From a virus: a stretch of DNA of 64,000 nucleotides. How positions within the stretch are numbered: the stretch's first letter is position 1; each line of letters begins with the position of its first letter. The translations under genes and the position numbers were made by a program. This document shows, piece after piece, positions 19,205-28,044 of this stretch. The stretch is from positions 13,652 to 77,651 of IMG/VR virus record IMGVR_UViG_3300025585_000040; one strand, given 5' to 3'. Under the pieces are notes generated by a model. The model did not search any database, was not told the origin of the DNA, and worked only from the letters and a program-made list of their open reading frames with translations.

Positions 19205-19373
19205 CGCTATTACCTTCTGAATTCATTTTACAAGAGCAGGACTTGCATTTTTTGCACCACGTTTTATCCCCAGGGATTGGCTCAGTGCCGTACGGAAAGT
19301 CATCGTAATCTTGCTGATTACGTAACCAACGCGCAAACTCTTCAATGTACTTTTTGATGAGTTGCGTAGGCAT
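19191..19373 (-). CDS. hypothetical protein
   Basis: Packed in - strand cluster; Cys-rich C-terminus. Confidence 0.45.
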   Translation of the reverse strand: MPTQLIKKYIEEFARWLRNQQDYDDFPYGTEPIPGDKTWCKKCKSCSCKMNSEGNSDVTN

Positions 19374-19374
19374 A

Positions 19375-19689
19375 TCAAAGAAAACTAGGCAGCTGCGGCC
19401 CCTTGGGGCCAGGAGGCTTTAGTGGTTTGAAATCGCGCCTGATTAGCTCATCCATATAAGGCGAATCAAGATGCGGAGTCTTGATTATAGCATTCGGCGG
19501 AGAGTAGCGAATAGTCCGAGAAATCAAAGGTCCACCCTGTTCTTGGGCATACTCTTGTTTAAAGCCAAAATCCGGAATATTTTCACCTGCTTGGCTATAA
19601 TCTTGCATACCGCTAGCGTATTGCTGCAAGAAACCAATAGCGTTATTTTTTCCACCAAATTGTACTGGAAAATCGTTATCGATCAGCAT
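19375..19689 (-). CDS. hypothetical protein whose N-terminus mimics the major capsid N-terminus
   Basis: MLIDNDFP vs capsid MFIDNDFP. Confidence 0.6.
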   Translation of the reverse strand: MLIDNDFPVQFGGKNNAIGFLQQYASGMQDYSQAGENIPDFGFKQEYAQEQGGPLISRTIRYSPPNAIIKTPHLDSPYMDELIRRDFKPLKPPGPKGPQLPSFL

Positions 19690-19691
19690 AA

Positions 19692-20639
19692 TCAGAAAAG
19701 GGTCCTAATATTCGGGCGCTTCAGGAATTCAGCAGCTTTCTCACCAGTCGTCTGGAACGCGGGCATGCCTTCGCCAGTGGTCTTAGCAGCTTGGAACGGT
19801 ACAACACCAGAAAACTCGGCCGAAACCTTCTCACCTTGTGTATTCCAAGGAGCAGGAACGCCATTCGCAGCCATCGAGAAGCTGTCGATGTCACTCAGCG
19901 GTTGAGCGCCCGCCTCATAACCAGGGGTTACAGGGGCTTCGGTAGGTGCAGCAGCTTGCTTTTTAGCGTAGAGGCGCTGGGCAAGCATCGGGTTAGCGGC
20001 AGCCCACTTGGCCAGGTCAGAACCTTCTGCGTAACCGAGACCTTTCTGAATCTCAGGCATCTGAGCACGGCCCATGGCGCTTTGAGCACGGTAGTAGCTC
20101 GAGAGCGGTACGTCCTGAGGTGCAGTCAGCTCACCCGCTAACGCCTTCATCTGACCCACGTCAGCCGGTGCACCTTTACCACGGGAAGCAGCGCCGAAGT
20201 ACTGATCCATCTCAGGAGTCTTGAAGTAACGCTCGAACTGACCTTCTGGAGTTTGGGCGTACTGCTTGTAGGTATCGCTCTTCCTGCGATCTACGTTACC
20301 TGCTCCGTCAAGTCCAGAAACAACAGTTCGCTCGTTCTCGGGGCCGATGAAACGACCGGAGCGCCTGTCAAAGTATCCGATGCCAGGCTGAAGATAAACG
20401 TCTTGAGTTGGTCCCTGCTGTCCGGTTGGAGCTGCTACTGCGGCCCGACCAATTTGAGGTAGCTGACCACTCAAAAGATTTGTGTAGTCTTGCGCAGCTT
20501 TTTCGCTACTTAAATATTGACCTGCACGACCAAGTTTGCGTCCTACGCCTTGCAACAGTCCCCAGATTTGTCCAGGCACTGCCTCAACGTTAGCCGCAGC
20601 CTGACGGGAAAACGGCCCTGTTTGCTTAAAATCGGACAC
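19692..20639 (-). CDS. putative internal virion protein
   Basis: Ala/Gly/Gln-rich 315-aa ORF. Confidence 0.55.
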   Translation of the reverse strand: MSDFKQTGPFSRQAAANVEAVPGQIWGLLQGVGRKLGRAGQYLSSEKAAQDYTNLLSGQLPQIGRAAVAAPTGQQGPTQDVYLQPGIGYFDRRSGRFIGPENERTVVSGLDGAGNVDRRKSDTYKQYAQTPEGQFERYFKTPEMDQYFGAASRGKGAPADVGQMKALAGELTAPQDVPLSSYYRAQSAMGRAQMPEIQKGLGYAEGSDLAKWAAANPMLAQRLYAKKQAAAPTEAPVTPGYEAGAQPLSDIDSFSMAANGVPAPWNTQGEKVSAEFSGVVPFQAAKTTGEGMPAFQTTGEKAAEFLKRPNIRTLF

Positions 20640-20689
20640 TTCTAACTAAACAATCCTTTCTTACAATAATAGTAGGCCTAAATAAAACC

Positions 20690-20878
20690 ATGGAAGTTAT
20701 TCAAACCTACCCGAATGGGACCACGATTGAGTTGGGAGTCGATAGCCATGGGAATCAGGTCCATCGCGTCTGCACGGCGGGTGGATCGATGTGCCGCTAC
20801 GTAGAACCAATCCACTGCGCCATGGTTTACGCGCAGCAGTTCGAGGAGCCGTACGCGATTAAGCCCGAATCAGAGTGA
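20690..20878 (+). CDS. hypothetical protein
   Basis: ATG ORF after TAATAG/TACAAT-like AT-rich region. Confidence 0.5.
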   Translation: MEVIQTYPNGTTIELGVDSHGNQVHRVCTAGGSMCRYVEPIHCAMVYAQQFEEPYAIKPESE

Positions 20879-21165
20879 GTCTCACGAGAAAAAAGTGAGA
20901 AAACGTGAGGGAGAGCGTGAGAAGCGGTCAGAGTCGTTGTGCTGCAACGGATTTTGAGTTGCACTCAGTATTTCCGTTTTATACCCCTCTACCCTTAAGC
21001 GCTTGAGAGGTTGGGTCTGGGTCTAAGTGTATATATGTACATTCTGTGCATGTACACTCAGACCCAAACCCAGTCAGATAAGAAAATATATAAACCCTAG
21101 GTAACACTGGAAATACTGACTGTACATGAAAACCCTTGACACAAGGGCAATTCCGCTGCTACCGT
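20875..21165. repeat. non-coding region with nested inverted repeats and GTGAG repeats (candidate replication origin)
   Basis: TCAGTATTTCC(20965-75)/GGAAATACTGA(21109-19) perfect IR; imperfect IR 21012-21072; GTGAG at 20875, 20895, 20905, 20917. Confidence 0.6.
21136..21165 (+). promoter_or_regulatory. sigma70-type promoter
   Basis: TTGACA, 18-nt spacer, TGn-TACCGT extended -10; -35 lies inside palindrome CCCTTG-ACA-CAAGGG. Confidence 0.55.
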
Positions 21166-21187
21166 CCGGTTTAAGCGCACTGACCCA

Positions 21188-22336
21188 ATGAACATCCACT
21201 CCCTCTTCCGTGACGCTGGCGTCTCCAGGGAGGAATTGGTGGCATTTGTCAAGAGCATTGAAATATGTTGTAAACTACATGGGAGGGATTCCTGCTGGTC
21301 GATAGACCGAGCGCATCACGCAGCCTTCTCGGGATTCAACACGGCAAATCCCAAGAATCTCCGCTACTGCGGAGTAGACGCAAGACCTTTGATCCTCTCC
21401 ATCAGCGGTCAGTTCCAACCGGATGAGTCTCACGTTGCGATTCGTAAGTCCATTTGCAAATCTCAGTACTGCCTCAACCCCGCGCACTACTACTGGGGGA
21501 CCAAGAGTGAGGTGGCGTTGGAGGGGCAGCGGAAGAAGAAGGACGGTCTGACTCCAGATGTGATCCGTGCACTCCAAGAAGGGCGTAGAGAGGGGAAGCG
21601 GGTCCTCGATCTGGCGCGTAAATATAAGGTTGCTTATCACACAGCACGGCGGATCTGCGCGGGCGAGACCTACGAAACTCAAAATAAGACCAGAGAATCC
21701 GTGCCAGATCAGGAGCTGTGGGCATTAGTCGATGCCATTTGCAAGGAACTAATCTCTCGCTATCCTGAAGAGGCTAGAGAGTATCGATTAGGGGTCTACG
21801 TGGCAAACGAACTTGAATGCCCCTGGCACCAACGAGGCGAACCAGGCCACAAAGGTAACTTCGGCCTCATGGGCGAGTGCCTGGACTGTATGGAGGAAGT
21901 CAGAAAGGGACGCTGTTCTGTCGATGTAACTAACTTTGATATGCAGTGGTACTGGCAAGTAAAACGCTTCTGGGAACAGGTTGAAATTAGAGGAGAGGAT
22001 GAGTGCTGGCCTTGGAATGGTGCCACGCGTCGAAACGGGAACGAGTCGCTTGCCTATTTCCCTAGCCCGTTCCACTCAGGTAAGACTCAGTCTGCCTCCA
22101 GGGTGGCATTCTGGTTGAGCCGAGGCTATACCGGGAAATACAAAGTCTTCACCAAGCCGGAGTGCGAATCCTTCTGCTGCAACCCCCGTCATCTCCATAT
22201 TCGGGAGTTCAAAGACATGCTTGACCCCGCTAAAATTGGAGAAATTCGACTGAACCACGGTGACATCTTCGCCCACCACCGAAAAAATCTACCAGAAAAG
22301 CAGCCAGGTGTTTCCCAGCAATCACCACCTGCCTGA
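21188..22336 (+). CDS. protein with two His-Cys-box/HNH-like zinc domains and a central HTH
   Basis: CW...CKSQYCLNPAH and CWPWNG...CESFCCNPRHL; VLDLARKYKVAYHTARRICAG HTH. Confidence 0.7.
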   Translation: MNIHSLFRDAGVSREELVAFVKSIEICCKLHGRDSCWSIDRAHHAAFSGFNTANPKNLRYCGVDARPLILSISGQFQPDESHVAIRKSICKSQYCLNPAHYYWGTKSEVALEGQRKKKDGLTPDVIRALQEGRREGKRVLDLARKYKVAYHTARRICAGETYETQNKTRESVPDQELWALVDAICKELISRYPEEAREYRLGVYVANELECPWHQRGEPGHKGNFGLMGECLDCMEEVRKGRCSVDVTNFDMQWYWQVKRFWEQVEIRGEDECWPWNGATRRNGNESLAYFPSPFHSGKTQSASRVAFWLSRGYTGKYKVFTKPECESFCCNPRHLHIREFKDMLDPAKIGEIRLNHGDIFAHHRKNLPEKQPGVSQQSPPA

Positions 22337-22616
22337 GAAGAGTTATTATGGATGCGTCAAGATCGGTAAGTCTTATCACTACACAGACTTCTATCCGACT
22401 CTTGATGAAGCAGTAATTGAACTCCGCTGCCTCGAGAAACGCCTTAGCTACGAGTTAGTTAATACCGTCGAAATGGAGGGTATGTATCCCCAGCGTGCTA
22501 TTCTTATTGAAGAAGCATACCAGAAGTCAGGCCGTACTAACGGCCTTTACACTGGGCTAATGACGGAAGATGGCGAGGTTTCTAACAACAATTCCGACGA
22601 ATCTGGGGTTCTTTAA
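22260..22616 (+). CDS. hypothetical protein
   Basis: YYGCVKIGKSYHYTDFYPTLDEA weakly AP2-like; start uncertain. Confidence 0.45.
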   Translation: MTSSPTTEKIYQKSSQVFPSNHHLPEKSYYGCVKIGKSYHYTDFYPTLDEAVIELRCLEKRLSYELVNTVEMEGMYPQRAILIEEAYQKSGRTNGLYTGLMTEDGEVSNNNSDESGVL

Positions 22617-23235
22617 TTTAGGTACTGTACAAGCTTATCCCACAGGAGGTACTGGACCTACAGCCTATGGGCCTACGAGCTACTACGGTAGTGACCCCTT
22701 ACCAGAACAACCTGGAGATTCGATATACACCGCAATCAATCTTGGTGATTTCTCCGGTGTATTCCGAACGGTCACATTAACCAATAGTCATGGTGGATTG
22801 TCTCGTAAACAGTCCACCTTTTACCGTTTTACGCTGCGGCGCCCAAGGTCTGTACAATTTGCACAGAACTTTAGCCAATTCGCATATACAGAAAATACCA
22901 ACAGAAACACACTTCTTGCATTCTATAAAATTGAAGACGGAAATAGACGGGAAGAATTACCAATCAATGATCAAGGTTACGTCTATACTTCTACGGCGAT
23001 TGACTACGAGGAAATTGCAACACCAACAGCAGATTATCCCAACGTTCGTTTAGGTCCAGGGGAGTACCTCTTCCTGATCACCAACGATATACGCTACCTC
23101 GAAACGACTTACTCAATCTCTATAGCTATTGCGGTAACAGATTGGAGGTTTGTAAATGAAGAGATTGAAGAGTCTCTTGATTTCGATTTAGTTTCGGAAG
23201 GAACTGATGAAATCATTGATTTTGGCGCGATCTAG
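22570..23235 (+). CDS. putative structural protein with beta-sandwich (PPC-like) domain
   Basis: AINLG...FYRFTL...LGPGEYLFLI pattern. Confidence 0.55.
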   Translation: MARFLTTIPTNLGFFNLGTVQAYPTGGTGPTAYGPTSYYGSDPLPEQPGDSIYTAINLGDFSGVFRTVTLTNSHGGLSRKQSTFYRFTLRRPRSVQFAQNFSQFAYTENTNRNTLLAFYKIEDGNRREELPINDQGYVYTSTAIDYEEIATPTADYPNVRLGPGEYLFLITNDIRYLETTYSISIAIAVTDWRFVNEEIEESLDFDLVSEGTDEIIDFGAI

Positions 23236-23282
23236 CACTTATTGTTTTAAGCTGCTAAGCTACACAAATCGATTATGGAACG

Positions 23283-23522
23283 ATGAAAGTCATCACCGCA
23301 GACCAGTTCGAGCGCGATTTCGAAGCCATTATCGACGATGTAGCAGATAATAAGCAGTACTACCGCATACAAGGTGAACAGGGAGACTTTATGCTGGTCC
23401 CCTACAATGAATATGAAGTTTTAAAAGAGACTTATAAGGAGTGGGTCGAGGAGCCGAAAATCGACCCCGACCCTCTCCCTATCCAATACATTGGAGATGC
23501 TGAACCTGAGAAGTTCAGCTGA
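23283..23522 (+). CDS. Phd/YefM antitoxin-like protein
   Basis: MKVITADQFERDFEAIIDDV...FMLVPYNEYEVLKE Phd/YefM pattern. Confidence 0.7.
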   Translation: MKVITADQFERDFEAIIDDVADNKQYYRIQGEQGDFMLVPYNEYEVLKETYKEWVEEPKIDPDPLPIQYIGDAEPEKFS

Positions 23523-23957
23523 TCAAGTCACAGTGCGTTTAGCCCAAGACGGAGTTTCTGAAATTGTAGGCTCGGGGGGCTTGCGGCCTAACTTCTGCAT
23601 AGCTTCAGCATACGCTTTTTGAGCGTCAGTCAGCTCACCCTCGACAGCCTCTCGGATCGGCTTGTACGGATCCTGTACGCCTGTAGTTTGCTCGATAGCC
23701 TTATCGCCAGTAGGTAATGAGGCTAAATAGGCAGCCGACTCTCGTGCACGAATACCTGCTTGACGCGCACCAAGCTCCTCAGGTGTACCGACTTCAGTGA
23801 AACGCTGCGATTGCAGTTTGCCGGTTTCTTCCTGAATACGTTTTAACTGTCCGGCTAAGTCCTGGTAACTCTCTAAGGGTGTTACCGATTGGTACAGCGT
23901 CGGAGCAGTTGGCGTCGGCATCACTACCTTGGGAGCCGATGGCCTAGAACCACCCAT
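23523..23957 (-). CDS. putative virion protein
   Basis: MGGSRPSAPKVVMPTP N-terminus, similar to 57228..57680. Confidence 0.55.
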   Translation of the reverse strand: MGGSRPSAPKVVMPTPTAPTLYQSVTPLESYQDLAGQLKRIQEETGKLQSQRFTEVGTPEELGARQAGIRARESAAYLASLPTGDKAIEQTTGVQDPYKPIREAVEGELTDAQKAYAEAMQKLGRKPPEPTISETPSWAKRTVT

Positions 23958-24405
23958 TGTCTTACTTCACTTTTATTTCTATACTGATTCTATCGGTGAT
24001 GAATCCGTACAAATGCTGAACTCCGATAACGCCCAAGGGGCCAAGAACCAGAATCAACAAGAGCTCAGCATAGGTGATAGGCCTCTTCATGGAAACGAAT
24101 ACCCGTTTATTAAGGAGTTTAGCGAATTTTTGGCTTCTGTGCCAACCAAAGCTTTAAAGCACGTCCTAATGACCTACCAACAAAGGCTAACCGCTAAAAC
24201 CTTCTGGGAGGCTGAAAACTATGGAGGATCTAAAGAAAAGTGCATAAAGCAGCTTACCGAGATATATGGACCAAACTGGCGTAGCATCACCAGACTCGAA
24301 GACCACATGGAAGAGGAACGCGTTTACTGCGAGTACGTACTGATCCTGGATCATATGAAACAGTGGGACAAACATCAAAAATTAGCTAAACTGCGACAAA
24401 GCTGA
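23929..24405 (+). CDS. hypothetical protein (start probably downstream)
   Basis: Co-oriented with the following operon. Confidence 0.45.
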   Translation: MGADGLEPPIVLLHFYFYTDSIGDESVQMLNSDNAQGAKNQNQQELSIGDRPLHGNEYPFIKEFSEFLASVPTKALKHVLMTYQQRLTAKTFWEAENYGGSKEKCIKQLTEIYGPNWRSITRLEDHMEEERVYCEYVLILDHMKQWDKHQKLAKLRQS

Positions 24406-24412
24406 GCTCCTA

Positions 24413-25006
24413 ATGGTCAAAAGCGACGTTGAAAACTGGATAGATTTCCTCGATAAAACCGCATTTGAGGTGAACGACGAAGCTCCTACTACTTACCAGA
24501 GCTACCGTTTCGTTAACCTGGAGATCAACGAAGTTACCGTTGACAACTATAAGGATCTGCTCGTGGACTCGCTTGCGATCCAAGTCGAGCCTTTTATTCC
24601 ACCAATTGGAAGCTTCGAGACGCCAGATCTGAGGCGCTATCTAGAGTTGATCTGTAGCTACGAAACCAGTACGACAGATCTGATGATGGGGCTTTCGCTT
24701 GCTGATCAAATCAGGCTTACCTTCAGCGACATGCGTACGAGCACAATCTGTGACCGCTATCCGGATATCGGACTGGCTGAAAAACGACGCTACCGTTGTG
24801 TGGCTGAGTATCTGATTCGCCAGGGGGAGCTCACGAAGCTACGCGATGAGAACGGGAAACTCATTAAAAAAATCGGTAATATGCAGAAAGCTGTCGTCCT
24901 TTACAAACCGCTGCCGAAACTACTCGAAACTCTGAAGCGGTCTGGACTTGGTCACATGATCAAAAAGAACCAGAGCGCCGAACCAGCAAAATCCGCTGAA
25001 ACTTGA
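24413..25006 (+). CDS. hypothetical protein
   Basis: 197-aa ORF; possible C-terminal wHTH. Confidence 0.6.
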   Translation: MVKSDVENWIDFLDKTAFEVNDEAPTTYQSYRFVNLEINEVTVDNYKDLLVDSLAIQVEPFIPPIGSFETPDLRRYLELICSYETSTTDLMMGLSLADQIRLTFSDMRTSTICDRYPDIGLAEKRRYRCVAEYLIRQGELTKLRDENGKLIKKIGNMQKAVVLYKPLPKLLETLKRSGLGHMIKKNQSAEPAKSAET

Positions 25007-25031
25007 TAAACTAACTCAACTGGAGAGAACA

Positions 25032-25439
25032 ATGAGCGAACGCCGTAAGAAAATGATCAGCAAAATGATGCTGTCAGCCCCCACTGAGGCAGAGCAGACC
25101 ATGATGAAACTCGTGGTCGAGCGGATCTGCGTCGACATGTGCGATTTTTTTAAGAAATTTTACGGTTTTGAAGGCCCTGGAGCTGTTGTTTATGTCCCCG
25201 ATGCGGAAAATGAGGATGATTCGATGTTCTATCTACCGGTAGATTCCTTAATGAACGGGCTTAATGATTTTAATAGTCGGGATATGGAGGGTCCTGCAGA
25301 AGTAATGAAGAAAGCCATTGCCAGGGCAGAGGCCATTGATCCCGAAAAAGAGGCACTATTTATCATCCAAGACAAAGATCAAATGTCGTTAGTGCATTAC
25401 AAGTATGACGCTGACGGTACTTCGCTTCTGAAGATGTGA
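25032..25439 (+). CDS. hypothetical protein
   Basis: GGAG SD; GTGA overlap with next gene. Confidence 0.6.
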   Translation: MSERRKKMISKMMLSAPTEAEQTMMKLVVERICVDMCDFFKKFYGFEGPGAVVYVPDAENEDDSMFYLPVDSLMNGLNDFNSRDMEGPAEVMKKAIARAEAIDPEKEALFIIQDKDQMSLVHYKYDADGTSLLKM

Positions 25440-26062
25440 GTTTACATACCCAGCGATTTATGAGGCGGAGCCGGCTCCTAAGTCGGATCCGTCACATTAA
25501 AGATGATTGGCTTACTCCAGTTGAATATCTTCCTTACATTGATGCGCTTTTGGGGGATATCGATCTCGACCCATGCTCGACGCATTTTGCCAATGGTCAA
25601 TTTTTACGGGCAAAAAATATTTTCACTTTAGAAGATGACGGCTTAAATATTCAAGAACCTTGGAAAGGCAAGACTTACTTATTTCCACCTACCTATGGAA
25701 GATGCTCCTTCAATAAACAACGTGGAACCTGGAGATGGAGTCTAAGTGCTGGTACAAACGCTAGGGCTCCATCAGTGATCTGGTTTCGTCGTTTGCTGAA
25801 AGAATGGAAACTCCGAAATATACCCGAAGCTCTGTTTTACACTACGAATCCAGAAATGATGAGGGTTTGTCCTGAAATGTGGGATTTTCCTATCTGTATG
25901 CCGAAAGACCGGGCTAACCTTATTCATGGTAGAGATCTGTACAGGATGCCCTCTCCCGTTTTCTGGGGTTACTTTATCTACCTTCCACCTGTTTCGTTTG
26001 GATTCGATCAAATAAATCGATTCCGATCAATATTCAGTCATCTAGGCAAACTTATAACCTAA
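25436..26062 (+). CDS. phage N6-adenine DNA methyltransferase-like protein with altered catalytic motif
   Basis: DWLTP, IDLDPCS, DDGL...W.G motifs; NPPY position reads FPPTY. Confidence 0.7.
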   Translation: MSLHTQRFMRRSRLLSRIRHIKDDWLTPVEYLPYIDALLGDIDLDPCSTHFANGQFLRAKNIFTLEDDGLNIQEPWKGKTYLFPPTYGRCSFNKQRGTWRWSLSAGTNARAPSVIWFRRLLKEWKLRNIPEALFYTTNPEMMRVCPEMWDFPICMPKDRANLIHGRDLYRMPSPVFWGYFIYLPPVSFGFDQINRFRSIFSHLGKLIT

Positions 26063-26286
26063 CCTGCACGGAAACCGTTTCGGAAGCTGTATGTACTATC
26101 GCCTGGCCCCGCAACAATAAATTTATTTTCTGTTACCGCGTCAGGTCCGTAAGGGAGATTCTGTATTTGTCGGCGACCTTGGATAAATCGCATCACAAAA
26201 GCCTTTCCTGCAGTATTATCAACTGAACCTTTGCCACCCTTGTATCGGGCGTCAACGTCGTAATCCTGACTAAGGCGTGTCTCCAT
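26059..26286 (-). CDS. hypothetical protein
   Basis: 75-aa ORF with its own AT-rich upstream region. Confidence 0.45.
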   Translation of the reverse strand: METRLSQDYDVDARYKGGKGSVDNTAGKAFVMRFIQGRRQIQNLPYGPDAVTENKFIVAGPGDSTYSFRNGFRAG

Positions 26287-26311
26287 TTGTTAATTATCGC
26301 AGACCCTAACT

Positions 26312-26602
26312 ATGACTAGATTTCTAGACACTCAAACCCACATCGCACTAATCTGCGACCAAGTGAAAGAATTATTGCTGGAAAAAAACAGGAAATACGG
26401 TGACAGCGCTTTAAACCCGACGAGAGTTTTTAGTAAAGCCGATCCAGTAGAACAGCTCTTAGTGAGAATTGACGATAAACTTAATCGAATTAAACAAGGT
26501 GCGGGACTCTTGGCTAACGATGAGGATGTGATCATGGATTTAATTGGTTATCTGATCCTTCTCAAAATTGCCTTAAGTCGCAATACAGAGGTAGAAGTGT
26601 GA
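26312..26602 (+). CDS. nucleotide-modification-associated domain protein (DUF1599/Nmad1-like)
   Basis: KNRKYGDS...RIDDKLNRI...DLIGYLIL. Confidence 0.75.
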   Translation: MTRFLDTQTHIALICDQVKELLLEKNRKYGDSALNPTRVFSKADPVEQLLVRIDDKLNRIKQGAGLLANDEDVIMDLIGYLILLKIALSRNTEVEV

Positions 26603-26647
26603 TGGAATACGAAGAGTTTTTAGCAAACTATACGCCTGAATTGCAGC

Positions 26648-27397
26648 TTATTGAGGCTCTGGATCTTCTTCAAAGGGGTAAACCAGTGGAGGCTGCTCAG
26701 CTCCTAGAGAGACTGGGCGTTGGGACCACAAGCGGAAAAAATACCGAAGAGATGCGCCACTTGGATCCCACTCCATGATCTTTCGTTCTAGATACTCAAT
26801 CGCTCGTATCTGAGTCGGTAGATATTTGTATGTTTCTACTATGTTCAGAAGACACCCCTCTGTTTTACACACATGAGGAGTCATTGTCGGAATCTCTTTA
26901 TCAGCCGTGAAATAAGTATCTAACTCCGTTCTGCGACGATTGACTACTATTTCGCCGCCAGAGCGCCAAATTGTATTGATATGCGGCGACCATTCTCGAA
27001 TAATCTCTTTTCTCGAAGCGTGCCCGTTGATCAACGCAAGCAACCGACACTTCTTGAACGGCACAATGCCTAGACTATGCGCAAAACTAAGTAAAGCCGC
27101 TTTCCGATTTGTATTTAGAGGAACAAAAACATACTCTGCAACTTGATTTGAAAACTCTTTAAGATCCTCAATCAGCTGCTTTTCAATTTGTGCGTACGTA
27201 GCCGTCTCTCTTAAGTTAACCCAGTGTTTGCCTAATTTCTGGCTTCCCCAGCCAATGCGCCAAATATCCTCACCGTATTCCTTGTATGAACCATAACGCC
27301 CCATACCGAGATGAGTACGGGGCTCGCTATAGGTTTTTATGATGTCAATACCCTTTTGTGTTAGAAAAGGGTAATCCTTCCAAGCCTTACGGGACAA
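26648..27397 (-). CDS. GH24 lysozyme-like protein with degenerate active site
   Basis: KGIDIIK, WRIGWG, AALLSFAHSLG, NRRRTELD match the GH24 scaffold; FEG motif replaced by YSE. Confidence 0.65.
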   Translation of the reverse strand: MSRKAWKDYPFLTQKGIDIIKTYSEPRTHLGMGRYGSYKEYGEDIWRIGWGSQKLGKHWVNLRETATYAQIEKQLIEDLKEFSNQVAEYVFVPLNTNRKAALLSFAHSLGIVPFKKCRLLALINGHASRKEIIREWSPHINTIWRSGGEIVVNRRRTELDTYFTADKEIPTMTPHVCKTEGCLLNIVETYKYLPTQIRAIEYLERKIMEWDPSGASLRYFFRLWSQRPVSLGAEQPPLVYPFEEDPEPQ

Positions 27398-27773
27398 CTA
27401 CAGTTCCGACGTACTGCACCTCACTATACCCATCAAGAGTCAGAAGCACAATATAGTTTTTTGTTGCATTGGTGACCGTAACGCCCACAGCGCCGCCGCC
27501 TTTACCTGCTTTAGCGATGTTGCTGAACTTCGTATAACCAGTGGGGGCAGCACCTGCGCTGTAATCGTCTTCTTGAAAAATTTCCACCGTGTTAACGCCT
27601 GAGGTGTTGTCTAACGTCACAACAATGTCACCTGTGGTTGAGGGGTTAACACGGAAACCACGGATATTAAGACCTCCGGTGCTACCAGCCGAAGTATTGC
27701 CCACGTAGGTTACTTCTGAACCAGAATCGACCTGGAAGGTGTCAAGGGTACCTTTGATGATGCGGGTGGCCAT
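27387..27773 (-). CDS. putative virion structural protein
   Basis: Thr/Gly/Val-rich beta protein. Confidence 0.55.
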   Translation of the reverse strand: MATRIIKGTLDTFQVDSGSEVTYVGNTSAGSTGGLNIRGFRVNPSTTGDIVVTLDNTSGVNTVEIFQEDDYSAGAAPTGYTKFSNIAKAGKGGGAVGVTVTNATKNYIVLLTLDGYSEVQYVGTVVVP

Positions 27774-27778
27774 TTTAC

Positions 27779-27994
27779 TTAGGAGATCTGTCCGAGCGTG
27801 GAGTAATTAAAGCTGATGTTGGCATCGATGCCGTGGTCTTTAAGGATGCCGAGAAACATCTGTCGATCCAAGGCTTTCTGGTGAAGCACCTCGATGAATG
27901 CTTCTTCTAAATCCTCTCGATCCATGTTTTGAATCGCCAGAGCCGCAGCGTGGATTGTGAATTCCACGTCCATCGGCAGATCTACTGCATCCAT
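27779..27994 (-). CDS. nblA: phycobilisome degradation protein NblA
   Basis: DLPMDVEFTI...MDREDLEEAFIEVLHQKALDRQMFLGILK closely follows Synechococcus NblA (REDLEDLFIEVVRQK, recalled); start at MDAVDL. Confidence 0.8.
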   Translation of the reverse strand: MDAVDLPMDVEFTIHAAALAIQNMDREDLEEAFIEVLHQKALDRQMFLGILKDHGIDANISFNYSTLGQIS

Positions 27995-28044
27995 GGTTGA
28001 TCCAAACCTTATAGCTATCCTAACAGCGCTGAACTGATCGTCAA

